From assembly GCA_964016885.1 (NCBI GenBank), contig OZ024746.1, positions 372,001-436,000 on the forward strand: 64,000 bases of DNA. The letters are read 5' to 3'. Of the stretch, positions 55,903-64,000 are shown one piece after another. Origin of the DNA: Eledone cirrhosa. Lineage: Eukaryota. Positions within the stretch are counted from its first letter, which is position 1, and the number at the start of each line of letters is the position of its first letter. The translations under genes and the position numbers were made by a program. Under the pieces are notes generated by a model. That model did no database searches. It was not told the DNA's origin and was given only the letters and a program-made list of their open reading frames with translations.

Positions 55903-56400
55903 TCAAAGATACATACATAATATCAAAGATTAGTGAAAAGGAGAATATTTATGCAGAACTGATGAGAAATCTGCAGATACTCCACCCTGATTACACCTTC
56001 AGATTTATACCTGTGATTATTGGGGCACTGGGGTATGTTAGTAACTGCCTCAATACAAATCTGAGCTTCACAGGAACAGAAAGAACACAACTAGTTAGGA
56101 AATTACAAGTACAATCCATTAATGGAACAGTAAAAATATGTAAAACATTCCAAAAATTTTGCACCTAATAACTGCATATACACATGTACAGATTCAAAGC
56201 ATATACACATGCACACATACAACTCAAAACATCCACATCCACACATACAATAACATCCATATCTACACATGCATGCATACATACATATCTACCTAGTTGA
56301 TGTTGTGTAAATTCCAATGAGAGAGTCTTGTGTCTATGTTAGAAACCGACTCTTTCTCTATTGGTAAAACTTTGTGAAATTATAAAACTAGAAGAACGTA
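55903..56400 (+). mobile_element. 3' end of an R4/Dong-like RLE non-LTR retrotransposon sitting in a CA-type microsatellite
   Basis: 'KISEKENIYAELMRNLQIL...FRFIPVIIGALGYV...LVRKLQVQSINGTVKICKTF' fits the R4-clade C-terminal RLE pattern. 3'UTR hairpin at ~56313-56364; flanked by (CA)n and (TACA)n. Confidence 0.7.
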
Positions 56401-56406
56401 CGTACG

Positions 56407-56919
56407 TACATACATACATACATACATACATACATACATACATACATACATACATACATACATACATACATACATACATACATACATACATACATACATA
56501 CATACATACATACATACATACATACATACATACATACATACATACATACATACATACATACATACATACATACATACATACATACATACATACATACATA
56601 CATACATACATACATACATACATACATACATACATACATACATACATACATACATACATACATACATACATACATACATACATACATACATACATACATA
56701 CATACATACATACATACATACATACATACATACATACATACATACATACATACATACATACATACATACATACATACATACATACATACATACATACATA
56801 CATACATACATACATACATACATACATACATACATACATACATACATACATACATACATACATACATACATACATACATACATACATACATACATACATA
56901 CATACATACATACATACAT
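56407..56919. repeat. Perfect (TACA)n microsatellite, ~128 units
   Basis: Directly visible. Confidence 0.98.
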
Positions 56920-57359
56920 GATGGCTGCCCCCTCGTTATCGAGTATGGCCATTGCACGAGAAAAAAAAAATAATAATAATAATAAAAAAAAAAAAGAGAA
57001 ATATATATATATATATATACATACACATATACACACACACTCACACATACATTAATAATAATAATAATAACAACAATAATAATAACAACAACGACAACAA
57101 TAATAATATACATATATATCTACACACACACGCACACACATAAGCATATCTACACACACACATAAGCATATCTACACACACACACAAGCATATCTACACA
57201 CACACACACACACAAGCATATCCACACACACACACACACACAATTGTTTTCTGATGAACAAGCTAGTTGTTTCTGTAAGAATCGTAGTTTCTCAAAACTT
57301 TCAGTAATGAAATAATTATATTGTATTGTTTATTATGTAATTATATATATATATATATG

Positions 57360-57695
57360 AAGGCACATGGCTTAGTGGTTAGAGCATTGGCCTTGCAATC
57401 GAAAGGTTGTGAGTTCAATTCTCAGACCGGGTGATGTGTTGTTTCTTTGAGCAAGACACTTTATTTCACATTGCTCCAGTTTACTCAGCTGTAGAAATGA
57501 GATGATAGGACTGGGGTCCCTATCATTCCACTGCAAAGTGGTCGTGGAGGTGCCACGGCAAAAAAGCACCCAGCACTCACTGTAAATGAGGTTGGTGTTA
57601 GGAAGGGCATCCAGCTGTAGAAATCAAGCCAGAATCAGTTCCCGTCCCACCCTTGCAAGCAGGGAAAAGTGGACATAAAATGAAATGATGATGAT
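57360..57695 (+). mobile_element. Composite SINE: tRNA head, CORE-like segment, RTE-A 3'UTR and RTE-B tail
   Basis: TGGCTTAGTGG A-box and GAGTTCAATTC B-box, then gcacccagcactcactgtaaatgaggttgg..aggaagggcatccagctg (RTE-A), then cccacccttgcaagcagggaaaag..(GAT)n (RTE-B). Confidence 0.8.
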
Positions 57696-58413
57696 ATATA
57701 TTATCATTTTTACGTCCGCTTTATATATATATATATATATATATAAATTAATAAAAATAATGAAATAAAAAAGAACAGGTTCCTTATACTGAAAAATTCA
57801 TCATTTTACGATCGTTTCTGGGATATATATGTGTATGTTGGTATGTATATCATGTTAAAGATCTATGTAAAAAAATATTACAAATTATCAGAGGAGATAT
57901 ACATACCTTCACCTTATATATATATATATGTATAAAGTAATATCCATAGGTGTGAAAAGGAAAACACTGCTCAATCGGGAAAAGAGAAGAAATATATCCT
58001 AAACGGACGGCAGTCCGTTTAGTAATATTGTTGTGGTCGTGTTTTCGTTGGCAATCATCTGTTTACGACAGTACAGCGCGGCTCTACTTTATTTAACTGA
58101 GATAAAACTTATATGAGCATGAACAGTAGATCATTACGCATCTTTTGGCTTAAAAATCTAGAAATTTGGTCCAGCGGGAAAAAGTTTATAATCAAAGTTT
58201 GCTGATAAATCTTGTGTTCAAATGAGTGAGTAGTAAGCGTGACGCTAGGGGAGGTAATCCAGAAATGACGTAGCTTTGTCATTAAGCCAGTTGCCTCAAC
58301 TAGATTGCAATTATACTCAAAAGAACTTTAAAATGTCAATCACTTGTCAGTAATTCACTATGATCATTTAATTATTAGATAGTTGTTGCTTGCATTGCCT
58401 TAAAAAATAGTAG

Positions 58414-59509
58414 ACCAGAGAGAAAAATGCGTACAGCAAAAAAAAAATAATATTGTTGGACTATAAACCTTTAAAAATACAGGACAAGAAACTAAAATAA
58501 AACTTTAAAAGAATAGGACAAGAAACTAAGATAAAACTTTAAAAGAATATGACAAGAAACTAAGATAAAACTTTAAAAGAATAGGACAAAAAATAAAAAA
58601 TTTTACAATAATATTAGTGGCAAAATTTTTTTATTCGTTTCCTGTGCTATGCCCCAGTATCTTCTTGATTAGTGCATAATAATTGTCATGCTCTCATTGT
58701 GCGTTGCCCCTGAACGGTTTGTTCTGGTTGGGGTTGGTTGGCTGAGCAGTTCTGCTCCGTCAGAATGACCATTGCAAGAAGAATTGGCCGATGCAGCTGC
58801 AGGTCTCCTCCAAGAATGCACTTCTGGTCCCGCAACACCAGACGAAGATGGAGAAGACGACCGGGACAAGATGTCGACTCTGACCACCGACTACGGCACC
58901 TCCCTCAACCACCGGTCCTACCTCCCTCTGTCCCGTCATCCCTCCAGTCCTCTTGCTCTCCCTTCCTGTACCAGAAAGCTGTGGCACGCATTCATCTGGA
59001 CTGCTGGACTTGAACTCAAGGACAAGATGCAAGGAGAAGATGGACGGGTTGGTCAAGATCAAGGATGAGCGGGACGACAAGACCGTCCGCTGCTGCTCAA
59101 GATCTGTGCTCATGAGCCCATGGGTCCATTCACATTATGCATGACACATGAGGCGTGTCGCCGAATGATGAAATAGGGGTATGGTTATGGCCCAATTGGT
59201 GTTCAAACCAGGATCAAATGATCCCCCGGGTCTGACGACGACCTCTGAATGTGGAACCCAGAGCCTATGAATGTGGAACTCGATTTTTTACCAAAAATTT
59301 TGCCACTAATATTATTGTAAAATTTTTTATTTCTTGTCCTATTCTTTTAAAGTTTTATCTTAGTTTCTTGTCCTATTCTTTTAAAGTTTTATCTTAGTTT
59401 CTTGTCCTATTCTTTTAAAGTTTTATTTTAGTTTCTTGTCCTGTATTTTTAAAGGTTTATAGTCCAACAATATTACTTTTTTTTTGCTGTACGCATTTTT
59501 CTATCTGGT
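58414..59509. mobile_element. Non-autonomous foldback-type element: 217-bp TIRs with internal 34-bp tandem units around a GC-rich ~660-bp core
   Basis: 58414-58630 is the near-perfect reverse complement of 59293-59509; 34-bp units start at 58481, 58515, 58549 and 58583. Confidence 0.88.
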
Positions 59510-59798
59510 ATATATATATATATATATATACCTACGCACACACATACATACAAGTATTGAAGTAAGGTAAATTGTTATCTTACTTTTCCCACTTTGAATT
59601 CATACACACACACATATATAGACTCACACACAAGTGTGTATATATATATATATACACACACACAAGTGTGTGTATATATATATATATATACATACACACA
59701 CACAAGTGTGTAAGTTATACCTCTATTTTACATATATATTTACAATGTTTTGAATTGAGATTTTTAAGTTCCAGTAAATAAGTTATATGCTGGTTACA

Positions 59799-59938
59799 TC
59801 AGTATATACACTAAATTTATACACCAGTATATACACTAAATTTATACACCAGTATATACACTAAATTTATACACCAGTATATACACTAAATTTATACACC
59901 AGTATATACACTAAATTTATACACCAGTATATACACTA
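59799..59938 (+). repeat. 25-bp tandem repeat (~5.5 copies)
   Basis: Unit cagtatatacactaaatttatacac. Confidence 0.9.
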
Positions 59939-59967
59939 TGCTTTGCAGCATAGAGTTACAATCCTTT

Positions 59968-60112
59968 ATGATCTGAGTTCAAATCCCGCCGAAGTTAACT
60001 GCCTTTCCTCCTTACGGCGTCGATAAAATAAAGTACCAGTAAGACACGGGGTCGATTTAATCGACTTTCCCTTCCCCCATAATTGCTAGTCTTGTGCCTA
60101 TATAAGAAACCA
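59968..60112 (+). mobile_element. SINE (second family), 5'-truncated
   Basis: tctgagttcaaatcccgccgaagttaact..gtcgataaaataaagtaccag..cttgtgcc. Confidence 0.75.
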
Positions 60113-60947
60113 TTATTAACTGTATCACCACCATCATGGCAATACACTACTTTCTACACTTTTCTACAATTTTTGAAATGATTTATTTTATCAATAATTG
60201 CATTATTCTAACCTAAAGTCCTCGTACATACAAACAATTGTAAAAATAGGCTTGTGTTGTAGGGAGAGGGAACTATGTATGTATTTGTGTATGTAAGTGT
60301 GTGTGTGTGTTGGGGGGGGGGGGGGGTGTACAAGAACAGAAAAATAATCCCAGAGTTTAAGTAACAAAGTAAAACAGACGAAACACTGAGCTCTATCACA
60401 ATTTCTAGATGAGAACTTTCTTCAGGGGATTTCAAATAACAAGAAGCAAGGGATGACTAAATGAGGTTTATTTTGGAGTTTCATAATGGAGAAATTAGTT
60501 ATTTTACTAAATCCCTCCAAAATAAACCTCATTTAGTCATTCCCTGAGAGTATCTTGGTCAGCCTATGAACATTTCAGCTGTCCCTCATACTGGACATAC
60601 AAAACCTTAATTTAAAATATATGCTACAGCAAATGTTTTTGTAAAATGGAGGTGTGATAGATACACAAATATAATAAGTTATAAATATCTTGGCCATATA
60701 TCTGATTTACTTTAATAAGTTAAATAAGTAACAAATTCATAAAAACCTGAAAGGTGTCTCTGTTAATTACAGTCTTAATATAACGACTAATTAATAATTA
60801 ATCCTGGAAGTGGCAGTCAAATTTCCAGGTTTATAAGCAGCTTTGGAAAAGTCAGTTATTCATGTGAATCTCGTGTGACATGTGTGGCCAAGAGGTACAG
60901 TTAATCTTTGTTGTTTTTTATTTTTATTTTTTTTAGAAAGATTTGAT

Positions 60948-61598
60948 TTAACCTTTTCATGACCACATTTCTAATGAAGTACTATTTCAATTAATTAATA
61001 AAGAATTTTGAGGGCTTTGTTAATATTACTAATTATTTCATTATTAAGATAGTACCTATGTAAGGTTCATCATCATCATCACCATTTAGCATTTAATCCA
61101 GCCATATCCAGCCAGAATTCTCTCACCTCTTTCTGTAACCAACTGTTCAAACTGATGCTAAGGTATTGTTCTCAAAATAATTAATATCAATCTCATAGAT
61201 TCGATATTATGTGAGATAATTATGTAAGATAAAGTGTTTACCATGAAAATATAATAGTAAATATAGAGAAAAGTAAATGCTAAAAGGGTAATGTCTGTCT
61301 TCCACACTAGCATGGGTTACACAGGTCCCATTTAGAGGCAAGTTGGGTCAGGTGACCATATCTCACTCATATAGGAGCGTTTCTGGCTCATTTTCTATGG
61401 TTGGATGCCCTTCCTAACGCCAACCACATTGACAGTGTGTGCTGGGTGCTTTTTGCTGTGTCTTTTACACATCCACTTTACAATACTCATATAAAATTAT
61501 GTTGGAAGATTTTAATTTAAATTGGAAACCTTTAAAATGGGTGGTTTTATTTCAGAGAACCAGAGCTGGTTTTGGCTGGGTTGGTAACTAAAGGGTTA
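60948..61598. mobile_element. TTAA-flanked (piggyBac-type) MITE with a nested second MITE (61084-61291) and an RTE-tail fragment (61295-61480)
   Basis: Ends ttaaccttttcatgacca and tggtaactaaagggttaa are imperfect inverted repeats; the nested pieces match 37370-37522 and the RTE-A tail. Confidence 0.55.
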
Positions 61599-61600
61599 AA

Positions 61601-61795
61601 AGAATGCTATCACATGTTATACCAACGTCAATGCTATAACATCTTATACCAACGTCAATGCTATAACATCTTATACCAACGTCAATGCTATAACATCTTA
61701 TACCAACGTCAATGCTATAACATCTTATACCAACATCAATGCTATAACATCTTATACCAACGTCAATGCTATAACATCTTATACCAACGTCAATG
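61601..61795 (+). repeat. 27-bp tandem repeat (~7 copies)
   Basis: Unit taccaacgtcaatgctataacatctta. Confidence 0.92.
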
Positions 61796-62526
61796 AATTT
61801 TGTCTGAATTTCTGAGTTAATCCACCAAAGTTAAATTTACCTTTCATCCTTCTGAGTTTGATAAAATAAAGTACCAGTCGTGTGTACTGGGGTTGATTTA
61901 ATCGACCCCCTCCCCCCATCACCACCAAAAAAACTGTTGGCCTTGTTCCGTGTCTAAATCAGAAACCATTATTATAAACTGTTTAAACTAGTGTCACCAT
62001 GTTTGTTGCTATAGTCACAGCATTTCAGCCATTACAGCTTCAGGGCTTCTGCCCGTGCCAATCATCATCTCTAATCTTATTTTAAGTAGAATAAATGAGA
62101 TAAATAACAAGCTTTTTAAAGCCACTTTCCCTGCTACAATTAACATTGTAAATCTCATGACAGACTTTTCCATTTTCTACAATCCTCTGTACACCACCTC
62201 ACATCACCTGGCTTTCAACATCACAAGTAGCTAATTAATGCAACGATACTTTAGTCATGGATAACTGGATGAGAACAATATACAGCAGTGATCTGAAAGT
62301 CTGTAAACATTACCACAAACGTCTAAACCCATGCTAGCGTGGAAGATAGACGTTAAACGATGATGATGATGAAAGGCATCTAAAGAAGGGTGGAAGATAC
62401 TACAGCAGAAATGTGATTATATTAACCAAGGTGAGGAGACTAGTCCAAATAAATTAGTTTAAAATTGTATGAATAAGTTTTAGTATATTCATGTAGTTAA
62501 AATTACCATAAAGATTTCTCTGCAAC

Positions 62527-62785
62527 TTATTCCTGAGATGGTTGTGGGGGCAGAGTCCTCAAACACTCCTTCCAGTGGGTCTTGTCAGAAACAACCAACT
62601 CCAACTGATCAGGCTGGATCCCCAAGTGAGACCAGCCAAGCTCATGGATGTTATCCAACCTTCTTACCCAGAGTCTACCTCTGGGTTCCCTACCTGTTGG
62701 TTTTGTCTGTAAAATCTGTCCAATGATTCTGTCCTGAGACATTCTAACCATATGCCCATAGTATCAGAACTGTGATCTCTCAATT
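62527..62785 (-). mobile_element. 3' fragment of an RTE-clade LINE (same family as 5596)
   Basis: 'GHMVRMSQDRIIGQILQTKPTGREPRGR...WKECLRTLPPQPSQE*'. Confidence 0.75.
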
Positions 62786-62915
62786 CAAAGCAGTTCCACA
62801 TAAACGAAAGTCCCACTATCCAACAATTAATCATGCAAAGATCTGTAGCTTATTTGAAAAGCAGCAAGCACTAGCATCAGAAGGAGAATCCACCCATAGA
62901 ATTTCTACTTCAAAA

Positions 62916-64000
62916 TGTCTTGACCAACCCATACGAAGATACAGATATAAAACTGATGATGTCTTGACCAACACACACCAGTACGAAGTTACAGATATAA
63001 AACTGATGATGTCTTAACCAACCCATACTACTATTGAGATACAGATATAAAACTGATGTCTTGACCAACCCATACCAGTAACAAGATACAGATATAAAAC
63101 TGATGTCTTGACCAACCCATACCTGTACGGAGATACAGATATAAAACTGATGTCTTGACCAACCCATACCAGTTCGAAGTTACAGATATAAAACTGATGA
63201 TGTCTTGACCAACCCATACCACTATTGAGATACATATAAGACTGATGATGTCTTGACCAACCCATACCAGTACGAAGATACAGATATAAAACTGATGTCT
63301 TGACCAACCCATACCATTATTGAGATACAGATATAAAACTGATGATGTCTTGACCAACCCATACCAGTATTGAGATACATATAAAACTGATGATGTCTTG
63401 ACCAACCCATACCAGTACGGAGATACAGATATAAAACTGATGTCTTGACCAACCCATACCAGTACGAAGATACAGATATAAAACTGATGATGTCTTGACC
63501 AACCCATACCACTATTGAGATACAGATATAAAACTGATGATGTCTTGACCAACACATACCACTATTGAGATACAGATGTAAAACTGATGTCTTGACCAAC
63601 CCATACCATTATTGAGATACAGATATAAAACTGATGAGGTCTTGACCAACCCATACCAGTACGAAGATAGATATAAAACTGATGTCTTGACCAACCCATA
63701 CCAGAATGGAGATAGATATAAAACTGATGATGTCTTGACCAACCCATACCAGTACGGAGATACAGATATGAAACTGATGTCTTGACCAACCCATACGGAG
63801 ATAGATATAAAACTGATGTCTTGACCAACCCATACTAGTACGAAGATAGATATAAAACTGATGTCTTGACCAACCCATACCATTATTGAGATACAGATAT
63901 AAAACTGATGATGTCTTGACCAACCCATACCAGTACGGAGATACAGATATGAAACTGATGTCTTGACCAACCCATACCAGTACGGAGATACAGATATAAA
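62916..64000 (+). repeat. 47/50-bp minisatellite (continues past the window end)
   Basis: Unit tgtcttgaccaacccataccagtacggagatacagatataaaactga(tga). Confidence 0.95.

Noticed and set aside
51286-58022. A single 6.7-kb Helitron spanning the TC start and the 58.0-kb hairpin
   Set aside because: No RepHel remnants, a non-canonical 3' end and nothing linking the two ends.
62910-63970. Overlapping W/Y/G-rich ORFs
   Set aside because: Translations of the 47/50-bp minisatellite.

Overview
AT-rich eukaryotic genomic DNA. The SINE, RTE-LINE, TTAA-MITE and (TA)n content suggests an octopod cephalopod; that is an inference from repeat style, not a database result. The only host gene I recognise is a FEZ/UNC-76 (fasciculation and elongation protein zeta) homolog on the minus strand. 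Its last five coding exons lie at 21509-21398, 20009-19762, 13791-13716, 11928-11863 and 9783-9767 (ending ...LLTDYILKVLCPT*), followed by a probable ~2.5-kb 3'UTR. I did not find its 5' exons, so most of 21.5-64 kb is probably intron. Inside that region is a second, frame-consistent chain of minus-strand exons (49779-49721, 37123-36924, 36273-36165, possibly a 6-nt ATG micro-exon at 54798-54793) encoding an unrecognised acidic ~123-aa peptide. The rest is TE debris: two RTE families with a PHD-like finger in the RT, Penelope-like GIY-YIG and hammerhead-like pieces, R4- and CRE-type endonuclease fragments, CR1-like fragments, a piggyBac end, SINEs and MITEs. There are also large tandem arrays, several visibly amplified from TE segments, and a foldback-type element with 217-bp TIRs around a GC-rich core. 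Nearly all long ORFs in the supplied track are repeat artefacts. There is a 200-N assembly gap at 28348-28547.
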